The translations under genes were made by a program, and so were the position numbers. The notes under the pieces were generated by a model that did no database searches, was not told the DNA's origin, and saw only the letters and a program-made list of their open reading frames with translations. Below are positions 9,845-21,401 of a DNA stretch of 64,000 nt, one piece after another. The stretch comes from Diplonema japonicum. Its lineage: Eukaryota > Protista > Euglenozoa: Diplonemea. The stretch spans positions 496,001 to 560,000 of the forward strand of contig OZ025664.1 in NCBI GenBank assembly GCA_964019335.1, in the 5' to 3' direction. The first letter of the stretch is position 1, and every line of letters begins with the position of its first letter.

Positions 9845-11161
9845 ATGTCACTGAAAGTTACAAAATCCTTCACGCTGCCGAATGGAGTAGTTGTGCGCAA
9901 CAGGTTCGCTAAGGGCGCTATGACTGAGGGCCTTGCTGACCCAGACACGAACCTTCCCAACGAATCCCACTGTAGATTGTACAAGAGATGGGCTGAGGGC
10001 GGTCTGGGGATCTCAATCACGGGGAATGTTCAAGTCGACAACAGGTACATGGAGGCCCCCAGGAATGTTGTCCTGCAGGAAGGCACGGATCTCGAGAGCT
10101 TCAAAAAATGGGCCGTCGCCATGAAGACAGAAGGCTGCCTTGCCATCATGCAGGTCAGCCACCCGGGGAGGCAGTGCCCGACCTCTGTCACCACCAATCC
10201 CATAGCCCCCAGTGCCGTTGCCCTTGAAATGCCTGGCATGCCCTTTAAAATGTCACAGCTGATGTGCCGTGCTCCCAGAGAGATGACACAGGCCGACATC
10301 GACGAGGTCATCCAGCGCTTCACCACCGCAGCGGTGCTTGCCGAGAAGGCGGGCTTCGACGGTGTGCAGCTGCACGGTGCGCACGGGTACCTCCTCTCTG
10401 CGTTCCTGTCGCCGCTTACGAACCGGAGGAACGACCAATGGGGCGGTTCTGCGGAAAACCGCCGCAGGCTTCTACACACCATCATCAAGAGCGTCAGGGA
10501 GAATGTCTCTCCGAACTTCGTGTTGATGGTGAAGCTGAACAGCGCTGACTTCCAAAGAGGCGGGTTCGAAGAGGGAGAGTCCCTCAAGGTGCTTGCTTCA
10601 CTTGAGGGCGTTGGTGTCGATGCTGTCGAGATCAGCGGCGGGACCTACGAGCACATGGAGGCCCTGCAAGCCGTGAAGAAAGAGTCCACAAGAAAGAGGG
10701 AAGCGTTCTTCTTGGAATTCGCGAAGAAGGCACGCGAGGTGACCACCATCCCTGTGATGCTGACAGGGGGCTTCGCCAAGCTGGAGACAATGGAGGAGGC
10801 ATTGATACAGGATGTAGACTTCATTGGGATTGGAAGGCCGTTGTGTACCGATGTCAATGCGCCGCAGAAACTGATGTCTGGGGACATCAAGACAATGGAG
10901 AGGTTCGACCCCTGCACAGGCGTAGCTGCTATTGACGGGCCTTTCGGGGCCGCCGTGGGCACCTTGTGGCACCGTGAGCACCTCATCAACTTCAGCAAGG
11001 AGACCCCTGACCCAAACCTCGCTCCGAACTGCTGGTGGATCCTCAACTTCACCATGGTCGCAGTCTACATGTGGGACCCCATGAAGAACCGCAAGAAGAC
11101 TGCTTGTTACTCCGCCCTTGTCCTCGGTCTCTGTGCCGCCTTTGCCTATCTGAGAATGTGA
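9845..11161 (+). CDS. NADH:flavin oxidoreductase (old yellow enzyme family) with C-terminal membrane anchor
   Basis: RNRFAKGAMTE, QVSHPGRQ, AGFDGVQLHGAHGYLLSAFLSP.TNRRND.WGGS.ENR, KLNSADF, EISGGTYE, TGGF, GIGRP; ends KNRKK + hydrophobic helix. Confidence 0.93.
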   Translation: MSLKVTKSFTLPNGVVVRNRFAKGAMTEGLADPDTNLPNESHCRLYKRWAEGGLGISITGNVQVDNRYMEAPRNVVLQEGTDLESFKKWAVAMKTEGCLAIMQVSHPGRQCPTSVTTNPIAPSAVALEMPGMPFKMSQLMCRAPREMTQADIDEVIQRFTTAAVLAEKAGFDGVQLHGAHGYLLSAFLSPLTNRRNDQWGGSAENRRRLLHTIIKSVRENVSPNFVLMVKLNSADFQRGGFEEGESLKVLASLEGVGVDAVEISGGTYEHMEALQAVKKESTRKREAFFLEFAKKAREVTTIPVMLTGGFAKLETMEEALIQDVDFIGIGRPLCTDVNAPQKLMSGDIKTMERFDPCTGVAAIDGPFGAAVGTLWHREHLINFSKETPDPNLAPNCWWILNFTMVAVYMWDPMKNRKKTACYSALVLGLCAAFAYLRM

Positions 11162-11358
11162 GGAAAAAAAAAAAGAGAAAAAAAGGGGGTGGCAAAAAAA
11201 AAAAAAAGATTAAACTTCTGATGTCATACGGTTGTTTTCCTTTTTTTTTTTTTTTGCCTTTGTTTTTACTTTTTTTTTGTGAGTACGGGCATGCGGCTTT
11301 CGCTTTAGGAGTTGCATGTTAATTTGAGTTTTTTTTTTCTTTTTTTTTTTTTTTGGAA

Positions 11359-11420
11359 GGCAGCAAAACCTTTTGCGGGTCTAGTGCGTAACGACATCTC
11401 CCCTTAAAGCGGGTTGTTTT
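11359..11420. repeat. Dispersed ~60-bp intergenic element, copy 1 (more decayed)
   Basis: GGCAGCAAAACCTTTTGCGGGTCTAGTGCGTAACGACATCTCCCCTTAA aligns with 24925-24977. Confidence 0.7.
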
Positions 11421-11950
11421 CAGAAAAGTCCGAACAGGGGTAACATAGATCGCATTTGGCTTGGGGCAAAAGAAAAAAGATGCCCACCTACCGCGGAAAT
11501 GTTTTTTTTCCCCCTACATACGCATCAATTCCTTTTTTCAACTCCCTGAACAGTGAGCACCCCCATGCACACTGAAATTTTATCGAGTTTCAAGTACAAT
11601 TGGAGCAAAAAAATGATAGTTAGAACTTGTCGTTCGTGCGGCGTGCAAAAAGAATTAATTCTACTTTATAAGAGTTTACATTGTTCTCTTTGCTCGAACC
11701 AAAACAACAAGTTTCAAAAAAAGCTATTATCTCTTCATTGCCACCAACAATTTCTGCTACTTGTACCCCCCCCTACCCCCCGGATTTTATTTTCTACAAA
11801 AAAAAAAGGAACCAAAAGAAGGTGAGACTCTTCTTGGCATCCGTTCCCCTTTCTTTCTTCGCCCAACTTGACGTCCCATCGAAGCAAAGCGTATCCCCTT
11901 CTCACTTTAGTATCACGTGAATATGCACTACCCCCAACAGGCGTGGCCCT

Positions 11951-13107
11951 ATGGATGAAGACTTGACGGTATTGGGTCAGTTTTTCGATGAACGGAGCCA
12001 ACTTGTTAAGAAGAAAATTCGCATGCTACAAGAACTGAACAAAGCAGGCGGCGAAACTGGATCGCCGGCCTTTAGCACGGCACACCACTGGAATGAAGAA
12101 GAGTTGCTCGAAAAGAAAAAAGAGGCGGAGGAGAGCCTCAAGCGCGAGGGCCGTGCAAGAAAATTACACCTACAACGGGAAATAGGGATGCTGCAATCCC
12201 AAACCGAGGCGCTGAAAGCACCGCAAAAGATAGGTGTTGTGATACACGCGGAAACACACGCAGAGGGGTTCCGTGCTCTCTTCCTCTCCAGCAACGTCGA
12301 GCTGCGTTTCTTCGTCGTCCCGCAATCGTGCAACAGAGACACTATCCAACATTCAACGCTGCCTGTCATAGTAGGCTGGTGCCCGGATGTGATCGTTTTC
12401 GAAGTGATGCCTGGGGCACGGCAGGACACAGGCGGCCCTTCCCTCATACCATGTATAGGCGGTGCAGTGAGGCATGTAATCTGCGTGGTGCATGGGGGTG
12501 ATAATGAGACGCGTACTGCCATCAGTTTAGGCTGCAGGCTCCTCCTTCGGCCTCCTCTTAACCAGCAGTCTGTTGAGTCTCTTCTCCGCCGTCTGAGAGA
12601 GTCCACCCCACCTGGCCCCTTCACCCCTCCCCGGCACATGCGGAAGACCCCCCCTACACGAACACCGCCCATCCCCGCTATGACATGTTCGCCTTCGCCT
12701 TACAGGGCCATACCTGTGCCTGCAGCTACTCCTGTGCCCGTGCCGGTGGCTTGTGATGTGGGTGATGGGTTTAACAACACAACACCTGTGCGTGTGAGCC
12801 CCCGGGTTGTGGTGTCGACATCGGGGGATACTTCAGACGCCCCGATATTCAATGAAAAACCACCCAGGGAGAAAAGCAATTCTCCCGGGAAGGTATTTTT
12901 TTTTTTTTTTGGAAGGGAAAAAAAAAAAAAAAGGATGCGCTAGTGGTGAGCCCCGACCAGGTCCCGAAGTTCGCGCATTTTTTTGCGGAAAGGGACGAGA
13001 AATGGAAGGCGGCAACAGCGGACCTCATGGCAGAGGTGACCAACCTGCGTGCCGAGCTGCAGAAGGCCAACGACCTCAACGACATGCTGATGGAAAAGGT
13101 TGGCTGA
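11951..13107 (+). CDS. Coiled-coil protein (371 aa) with pseudo-receiver (CheY-like) domain; intron 12893-12933
   Basis: Phase-0 41-nt intron joins ...SPGK to DALVVSPDQ...MLMEKVG*. Segment KIGVVIH...PDVIVFEVMPG...AISLGCRLLLRPPL fits the receiver-domain pattern; domain call is inference. Confidence 0.72.
12893..12933 (+). other. 41-nt intron GTA-T15-GGAAGGG-A15-G (self-complementary, AAG acceptor)
   Basis: T-run 12896-12910 and A-run 12918-12932 counted directly; removal restores the reading frame. Confidence 0.8.
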
Positions 13108-13257
13108 AGGAGAGGATACAAAAGACTTTTTACTTTTCCTCTCTCTTATTGTACTTTGATGTGTATCCTGTACCCCACCCCCCTTTTTTTTTGGTGAAAA
13201 ATAAATCTTTACGTTAAGTCTTACTTCCAGAGGGGGTGGTTTGAGAAAGAAAGGCAG

Positions 13258-13518
13258 ATGGGTGAGAAACGAGAGGGCATTTGCGGGAAGGCCGCGCCCG
13301 CCAACCCCTTCTGGGACGCTGTGGTTCCATTCACCTTCTCGAAACCCGAGCCAGACGCGTCTAAATTTGCACAGAAATGGTTTGATGGAACAGGTGGCGA
13401 ACCGGACAGCGGGAGCCCTGATGAGCTGGTGCTGAAGATGAAGGCGAGGTTTGAAGAAAGGAACGCCGAGCACCTTGAAAAATACCCCCTTGGGAACATA
13501 GTAGAAAAAAAGGTTTTG

Positions 13519-13555
<37 letters not shown>

Positions 13556-14076
13556 GCAGATGGGGGTACGCCATAAAAACCCCCGAGCAGTCGCAACTCC
13601 CGTTTTCTCCGATTTTAAGCGAGCCGAGTACGTTCCAGGTTATGATTACATGAAGTATGGAGGGGAAAAAAAAAAAAAAAAGAAAAAAAAAAATCCCCCA
13701 GGTTGAACAGATTCCGGTTGGACCAGTGGAATCATTGTGTAGGCAGTCTTGGGGCTGAACACGATACTTGCAGAAAGGCCGAATGGTACTACCGCACAAT
13801 GTCCATATCCCCCATCATGTCATTTTACGAGGAGATGGAGGAGCTAGGGCACTTCGATACATCACGGATGTGGGGCGTGAAAAACAGAAGGAGGTGTGTG
13901 GAAAAAAAAAAAAAAAAAAAGAAGAAAAAAAAAAAAACAGTTTTATACCGGTTTACCAACCTGTTAAGATGAATATCCCTGGTGCATATGAATATTATCG
14001 CTCGAAGCATTACTTGGACAACTTCGATGCTGAAGGCGACGGTGAAATCGCGAGTCCGATATGCTACGTTGAATAG
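13258..14076 (+). CDS. Euglenozoan-type cytochrome c oxidase subunit VI (COX6b-like), 225 aa, four exons
   Basis: Introns 13513-13559, 13655-13701, 13894-13940 (47 nt each). Spliced product PVFSDF...QWNHCVGSLGAEHDTCRKAEWY...ELGHFD...WGVK...PVYQPVKMNIPGAYEY matches my recollection of trypanosomatid COX VI. Confidence 0.85.
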
Positions 14077-14499
14077 TGTTCAATTACTTTTTTTTTTTTT
14101 TTTTTTTTTTACTACCACGATTATTCGGTTTTTCTAGTGTCACTTTTTTTTTTCTTTTTTTTTTTTTCCAAAGATCTGATGTATTATAAGTTTTTTTTTT
14201 TTGTGTGTGTGTTTTTTTTTTTTTCCCTTCTTATTTGTGCTGTTTTGTTTTCTTTTTTTCTTTTTTGGGATCCATTTTTTTTTTTATACTTCAAGTGTTT
14301 TCTTTTTTTATGTAATTTTTCTTTCTCCACTCGTTCCCTCCCCCCCCCCTTTTTTTTCCCCTACGTCCCTCCCCATTCAATACCCTTTCTTAACTTTGAG
14401 TTATTCTCTCCCCCCCCTCCCCCTCTTTCTAGAAAGGTTTATTTTGGTGTCTTTTTTTTCCTTCACCAAATATCTATCAAAAGAAAAAAGAAAAAAAAA

Positions 14500-16128
14500 A
14501 TGTCAACAAAAATCAAAGAAATCTTCGCACTAATTGATGCCGATGGAGGGGGAAGTATCACGACAGCAGAAGTGATGGTGTTTGTAAGCAGTCTGAAGAT
14601 GGACATCAGCGAGGACGAGGTGGACACGATGGTGAACAACAGAGACGATGATGGCAATGGGGAAATCGATGAAGACGAGTTCTGCGGCCTTGCAGAAGAA
14701 CTAGTAGACAAAATTGGCTTGCCCATAGAAGAAATGGTAGGGCTCTTCTGCACGTGGTGCTATGAAGATCTCTTTGCAAGACTGAAGGAAGACGCCACAG
14801 AAAAAACAATCCGAATGACAGAACTGCGATCCCTTCTAGAATCCATGAGCACCAATCTATCTGACGAGGACCTCAGAAAACTCTTCTCAGAACATGACGA
14901 CGATGGCTCCGGCACCATCGACGCCACAGAATTCGTCGGTATTGCAAAATCCCTGGGAAACACACTTCCAATATCTAAAATCGTGCACGGGTTTACCAAA
15001 GCTCGCGAACAGTCAAAAGCACGAATGGCGATGTTGAAGGGAAAGTTCCATGATTCAGCACCGGTACAACCCTTGACAACACCATCTATCCCACCCGTTG
15101 CTGAAGCGAAACCCTGTCAAAACTGCCCAATCCTACAAGCGGAGATAGACAGGCTCAAACTGGAACTGGAAACCGAACGCGCCGAGAAAGAAAAAATGAA
15201 CGAAACGATCACCGTGTTGGAAAAGAAAGCCAACGCGAAGCCCAAGACTAAACGTGCTCGGTCTACTACACCAGCAGTGTGTCCTAAATGTGCCAAACAC
15301 GAAGAAGGGAGTTCTCTTGAATCGCAGATATGGTCGCTTCAGACCGCCCTGGAAATACGTGGGAGGGAAATGGAAGCTTGGAGGGCGAAACTATTACAAT
15401 ATTCGAAAGAAGTCGACCCTTTAAACCACAACCTCGCAGAGAGAATGCGATCCGGTGCGGTTCACATCACGGAATCGTTTGAACGGGAAACACACGCGCT
15501 GCTTGGCGACACTCTTCAAAACGTTTTGAAGAGAAAAAAAAGCACGGCACCGAGGCCTCCTTCGCAAGTCGTGATAAGAGAGGAGGTGGTGAGGGAAGTC
15601 GAGGTGGGTGGGAGACAAATTGAAACATTGAAAGCGGAGAAGAATAAATACAAGGAAATAGCTGTTCAGTGGAAAGCCCATTCTGAAGTGAAGCAGAAGG
15701 AGGTCGCCTCGCTTCGCGAACAGCTTCGAAAAGCACAGGATGCTATAGTTTCGTCAGCAGGTGTCGGGTACGAGAAGGATATTCAACTGCAGAAAACAAC
15801 TAGGAATCTTGATATTATCTTGAAGTCTGTTCCTGCATCGTCGCCACCTTGCATGCGGTCCATATCTCCTTTCTCCTCTTCTCCGCAGACGCGTAGCCCG
15901 TCAGCTTCCCCAATCACTGCTGTGCACTACCAAACTGCACAGCAACACCTCTCTCAGATTCAGCGGAACAACTCTCGTTCCCCTTCGCCCTGTTACGCCG
16001 GCCCTGTCCCTGACCTTTCAACTGCGCCCTTAGGTGTGCGTGCTACAATCGTCAGTGCCCTTCGATCGCCTTCTGCGGGCCCCCGAGAAGCCCCTCCTGC
16101 TTATGCGGGCGGTTTCGCACGAAGATAA
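14500..16128 (+). CDS. EF-hand plus coiled-coil protein
   Basis: EF loops DADGGGSITTAE, DDDGNGEIDEDE, DDDGSGTIDATE; heptad-rich middle with two CxxC; S/P-rich tail; ATG 14500 after poly(A). Confidence 0.88.
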   Translation: MSTKIKEIFALIDADGGGSITTAEVMVFVSSLKMDISEDEVDTMVNNRDDDGNGEIDEDEFCGLAEELVDKIGLPIEEMVGLFCTWCYEDLFARLKEDATEKTIRMTELRSLLESMSTNLSDEDLRKLFSEHDDDGSGTIDATEFVGIAKSLGNTLPISKIVHGFTKAREQSKARMAMLKGKFHDSAPVQPLTTPSIPPVAEAKPCQNCPILQAEIDRLKLELETERAEKEKMNETITVLEKKANAKPKTKRARSTTPAVCPKCAKHEEGSSLESQIWSLQTALEIRGREMEAWRAKLLQYSKEVDPLNHNLAERMRSGAVHITESFERETHALLGDTLQNVLKRKKSTAPRPPSQVVIREEVVREVEVGGRQIETLKAEKNKYKEIAVQWKAHSEVKQKEVASLREQLRKAQDAIVSSAGVGYEKDIQLQKTTRNLDIILKSVPASSPPCMRSISPFSSSPQTRSPSASPITAVHYQTAQQHLSQIQRNNSRSPSPCYAGPVPDLSTAPLGVRATIVSALRSPSAGPREAPPAYAGGFARR

Positions 16129-16721
16129 GGAGAATTTTCTTTTTGTTTATTCTCCCTTTTTTTTTTTTCTTCTTTTGTTGTATTCTTCTTTCCTTTGTTA
16201 GTGTCAATTTTAGGGGAAGGGTAAAAAAAAGAAAAAGAAACAAATAGAGGCGGGGGGGAAAAAAAGTTGTCATCCTCCCTCTTTTTTTTTTTTTTTTTTT
16301 CGTTCTGTACTTTTTCCTCGTCCGATAATTTATATTTTCCCTCCCTTCCGCTGCGAGGGTAAAAAAAAGAAGAAGAAATTCATTTTTGCTGTTTGAACAA
16401 AAAAAGAAAAAAGCGCTGCCCCCCCCCCCCCCCCCCCCCTTCCGCAAAACTCGTTTCGCATCTTATTTCGTACCGTGTACATTGTTTTCAGCCCCCGTAT
16501 ACACTTCAGTGGGAAGACGCAAAACCCACTGTTTTTTCTTCTTTCCCCCCCCCACCTTCTTTTTGTTTGCAAAGAGCGTAGATAGAAGCCGTTGGTAACA
16601 GGCACCTACCATTCTTGCACGACCAGTACTATTAAAAAACGATTTTTTTTTTTTTTTTTACATCCTTTTGCAATTTTTTTTTTTGCGAAATTCTTACAGA
16701 CAGGGAGCGAGGAGAGGCAAG

Positions 16722-19700
16722 ATGGAGGAGCTCTCTGAAGTAGAGAAGCAGATGAAGGCGATCATCTACAGCTACGATAAGGTGGAACAGGTGATCTGCC
16801 AGCTGAACGGGTTGATCGCGTCTCTGGAATGGCCGTTAGAGTCGGGGGAGCAGGGGAGGACCTTCCAGGACATCTTTAAGAAGAACGGCTTCGAATGGTT
16901 CAAACTGCTGTGCGATAAGCTGACAGGAGTTGAGAAGGGTGACCGGGTTTGGAGGGACTTCGACTTTGCAGGAAGCTGGCTGGACCTGGCCAGCGACCAT
17001 CAGGTGGGTGTGGGCATCACCAAGGAGCTGGTTGAGCTACTCCACCCCCACGGCCGCTTTATGACATACCTGCACCACCTCTCAGATGTCAAGAAGGTCA
17101 CAGAACACTGGGCACAGGTCTGCCGCGGGCAAGACCCCGACACCCCTTCCGGCAACTATGTAGCCTTCCCCTTCAGCTTCTTCCCTACTTCGACACAGCA
17201 CAGCTGGTACAAAAACTGGCGGCAAGCTCTTGTTGGCGCGGTGCCCCCTACCACTTCCCGCCATGCACCTACGACACCTTTCTATTACCAGCCCAACTGG
17301 TGCCCAATCAGCAGGGACATCCCCTTCCACACGCAAAACGGCACCATCACAGAGGTCCTTGTGACCCCCTTCTCCTACTTCATGCTGCGCTACGGCATCT
17401 TTCTCTACAAACGGATAGAGATCAACTCATCCACCGACTTCATCCCCAAGAATGACGTGCTAGACTCCGTCGTCTCGCAAGGCAGCAGGCTGCGACGCGG
17501 TGCCGCTGTGTTGTCCAGCATCACCAAGAAGCTCCGGAAAGAAGAGCATGAGAGAGACGGGGCTGAGGAAACGCGCACTCAGCGCGAGTTCAAGCTCACA
17601 AGCACCGCTGATATAATACCAGGGTACTGCACTCTGTTCGACTTGTTCCAGACGCACTACGTCCCAGCGCCAGGGCAGCCTTTCTTGCAACCTTTTGTCA
17701 GCGCTAAATACCAGAAGATGCTCACTTACATCCTTAACCAGGACGTGGGCTACCGCATAGAGACTATCCCTCACTACTGCGGCGCGCAGTTTGTTACCAT
17801 ACTAAGCGAGGTGTGGCCTAGGGGAATGGTGGACCTTTGGAACCTTGTCCAGAACCCCCCTCCCGAGCCGCCTAAGGTAAAAGGCCCCGAAGGAGTGCCC
17901 AGCAGTCTGAACGTGAAAGAAGATCTTGCCGCAGAGGACCTTCGCTGCCGTGCCATCATCCTCGTGCAGCCCCTCACGGCTTTGATGAAAGCTGTGCAGT
18001 ATCATGAATACCTTCGAACAATGACAGCAGTCCCTGCCTTCAACAAGCACTGCGGCGCACGGACCACTGCACTGCAGAAGCTGATCCTGCCCCCCACAAC
18101 GTGCAGAGATTTCCGTGCGAGTACTATCCAGCTGATCCACCTGATCCTGAGCATGGCAAACGGGACGTGCGGGGACCAGACGCGGTTCGGGTCGAGCCGC
18201 CTAGTCCCGCTGCTGGAGACGATGTCGCTGTGGACATCTGTCCTGTCGCCCTACAGAGTGGCAGCGGTTAGGCTGCAAGAGGTGTCCGATGACAAGAGCG
18301 AAACGGTAGTGACCCCAGTGGCAGGAAGGGGGTATACCCCGTATCTATGGTGGCTGAATGTTCCAGACGGGCAGCAACGGCCTACAGAGCTGCAGTCCCC
18401 CGCCGCACGATTCGTGCGGAGCTTCATTGAAGTGATAGATGCGCTGGCAACGGTAGCAAACGTCGAGCTGCTGGCGTGTCTCCCGAGGAAGGGGTCTGTC
18501 CTCCTCCGTGATGTGGCTTGGGTGCGATGCCACCACAAAGAACTCTCAATGCTGATCAATCAAGTGAGCCAGGACACGGAGCTGCAAGCAAAGGCCAACA
18601 CTGCTGTCCAATCAGTAGCAGCCCTATGCAATTTGCCCCTGCCACCCGCCGGCTGCGGGCTCGCCTTGTTGCACGACGCCGAGATGATCCTCTGCGGCGG
18701 GCCTTTCCTTGCCGACTGGGAGGTCGAGGACCAGAGCAACATAGGCATGAAACCCACGTTACTGAAGCGGCCCTTCTGCCTCAGGACATTAGAGTTCTTC
18801 AGCAGCTTCACAAAAGGAGCGAGCTATGCACTGACATACTTTGATTACATACGAGCGAGCACTTTGAACTTCCTGAGCATTGCGAACAACATCACGACGA
18901 GCATCAAGCCTGGCCCCCTCCCTCTGGAGTATGCCTCTAGTGCGATGTGGCGCGAGACTAGAGAACTATTGAAGATGATGATGCACAACCAACTGCCGCA
19001 GAGGGAAGTGGTGTGGCGGCACTACGTAAAGGAGAACCAAGAGGCGTACGTGGTGCTGTTCTGCGACCTTGTGGACTACATGCAGAGCGAGTTTGTGCGG
19101 AACGACAACGCGTGCACGGAGGCGGTACTGCTGTCCTTCTACAGGATCCTGACGTGCATCACAGACCCGACAGTCAGGGCAGAGGACCCGTACGCCCCAA
19201 GGGGGTTCCAAGGGCAGCCAGGACAACAACAGGCGGCTGCATACTTCCTCCCAGCAGAGACATGGCCCACAAGTGCGCATGGGTTCAAGCACTACGAGAC
19301 GAAGATATCGCGGCTGGTTATGGACTTGAGATGGCGGATGGAGCGGACTCAGGAAGGAGCCGACGTGTCGCCTGTGCCGGTGCTGCTGTACGAAGAGATT
19401 ATCGTGATGCTGATGATGCTCGTGCCGGCTGTGCACCAACGCGTAGAGGAGATGGAGAAGGCGGAAAAGCTAGGCGAGCCGTACGTCTCAGACAGCAACA
19501 CAGCGACAGGCCAGCACAGCAGACTGCAATACCAGACCGACTACGACAATGGTTACCAGCTGAACGAGTCCGGGCGGCATAAGGTACTGTCTACTGGAAC
19601 ACCATTTGAGTTCAAGGACATGAGACAGAAGGGCGGGAACTTCATTGAGCTCAACGGCCCCGAGTCCGCGTGGCGGCATCTGGCATCAAAGCTGCCTGCC

Positions 19701-20371
19701 GACCTTCGAAGGCGGTACTTCCCCTACAAACGGCCGCCTTCGTCAAACGAAGTGAAGTGGGTGCTTAAGATAACGAAGAAGCTCGATACTTTGGTATGGC
19801 TTACAATGAATATGGGTTGAAACTCTATCTACAGGTCTTCACCACTCTAGACAGCCTCCACGCGCAGGGGTTGATTGGTAAGGTGCTGGACATTGCATGG
19901 GTCAACGAAGCAACAGGAGAACTCCTGCCGGAGGAGATTTCAAGCTTGATCGAACAGGTAAGAGAACGAAGAAAAAAAAACAAGAAAAGTAAAAAAAAAA
20001 TAATAATAGGGGCAAACCGCGGCATCCGGAGGGAAATCAGGAAAAACTCTTAAAATCCAGCAAGAGGAGGGCGTTACTGAGGTTGACTTGCGACAAAGAT
20101 GGGTGCGGCCTGCAGAAGGGGCAGGTTATATGGTGTCAAGGTATGCGAAAAGAAAAATCGAATACAAAAAAAAAAAATCTCCAGGAAAATTCTCGACCCC
20201 CCCAGCACCCGCCCAATCGCGAAAGACTCCATCTTCACCTTCGCCTCGTTCCTCGTCTTCTACCTTTACTTTTATTACACCTGGATCCTCTATCTCTGTG
20301 GCGCAGTCTGCACAGGGTGCTATGCCGTTGCATCCCAGCGAAGGATGGTCGTCCCCGCTACTCCAATGTGA
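16722..20371 (+). CDS. SMPD4/NET13-like (neutral sphingomyelinase-3 family) tail-anchored protein, 1170 aa, four exons
   Basis: Introns 19794-19834, 19958-20009, 20141-20184 restore one frame ending in a TM segment. VTPFSYFMLRY, WRHYVKEN..AYVVLF, LNESGRHKV, RPPSSNEVKWVL resemble SMPD4 blocks (family call inferred). Confidence 0.7.
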
Positions 20372-20504
20372 GTCGTCCCCCTCCCCTGTCCTAAGTCCCT
20401 CTTAGATGATCACAGTGTGTTTAATATTTTCATATTTGAAAAAAAAGGGGTTCTTTTTGTGTTTCTACGATGTATCATAGGGGAGGAAAAAAGGGGGAAA
20501 CAAA

Positions 20505-21401
20505 ATGGAAGCACAGCAAGACAAAAAAGTCCCCGCTCTAGGTTGGGTGGTCGTGGTGTTGATATCAGGGGTTATCGTGATGGCAGAGGCAGCAAAAGCG
20601 TGTCATGATGGGTCATGCGATGGATATGTCACGTGGGCGATTGCTTGCTCTGCAACAAGTGTGGCTGTGAGCGCTGTAGTGATGGGTGTTCATTTAGCTC
20701 TACCCGGGTTTTGGGCAGGGGAAACGAAACGGACTGTTTTGTCGGGGTGCTTCACGATGCTGTGGGGTGCTGGTGTGGCGACGATGACCTTTGTTAAACC
20801 ATTCTACGCCCCTGCTGGGAATGGTTATTTCGGGTCATGGATTGCCTTCCTCGTTTCGTTTTTAACATTTGCCACACTTTTCAAGCCTGTACTACCTGTC
20901 CTTCAAAAGGTAGGACCCTCTGCGGGATTTCTTTTCGTCACATCCATAGTTCTACTCATACAGTGCATTTCTGATTGTTCTGGGACGAATCATGCATCGT
21001 GTTCGAGGAACCGTGTTTATTGTATTGTTGGTTCATCTTTGTCAGTTGTAGCTTGTGGTGTTGGAATGCTATCTGTAGTCGCGCCTGTGTGGATGTCGTC
21101 GATATTCTTCTCCATTTGGCTTTCTCTGTTGTCCGTTACGTTTTCGGGAACCTATAGCACAGTGGGTAATGGTTACCTTGCGATTGTTCTTGGGTTCATA
21201 GTGTCGCTCGTCGATTGGATTCAGATGAATAAGCTACTCGAAAGGCTCCGTGGGAACTACCCCGCTCCCCCTCCCCCGCCTCCTGGGGTTCCGGCCCATG
21301 CCAACAGCAACAACTACGGCACCGGTAGGCCGTGCGTCGCTGTGGGCGGCGGTCCTGGCCACATTTTCAGCGTGGTTTCGTTTATTGCGTCGCTTGCTTG
21401 A
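20505..21401 (+). CDS. Multi-pass membrane protein with internal duplication (paralogue 1)
   Basis: About 8 hydrophobic helices in two similar halves, each with a Cys pair and GNGY(F/L) motif. Confidence 0.8.
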   Translation: MEAQQDKKVPALGWVVVVLISGVIVMAEAAKACHDGSCDGYVTWAIACSATSVAVSAVVMGVHLALPGFWAGETKRTVLSGCFTMLWGAGVATMTFVKPFYAPAGNGYFGSWIAFLVSFLTFATLFKPVLPVLQKVGPSAGFLFVTSIVLLIQCISDCSGTNHASCSRNRVYCIVGSSLSVVACGVGMLSVVAPVWMSSIFFSIWLSLLSVTFSGTYSTVGNGYLAIVLGFIVSLVDWIQMNKLLERLRGNYPAPPPPPPGVPAHANSNNYGTGRPCVAVGGGPGHIFSVVSFIASLA

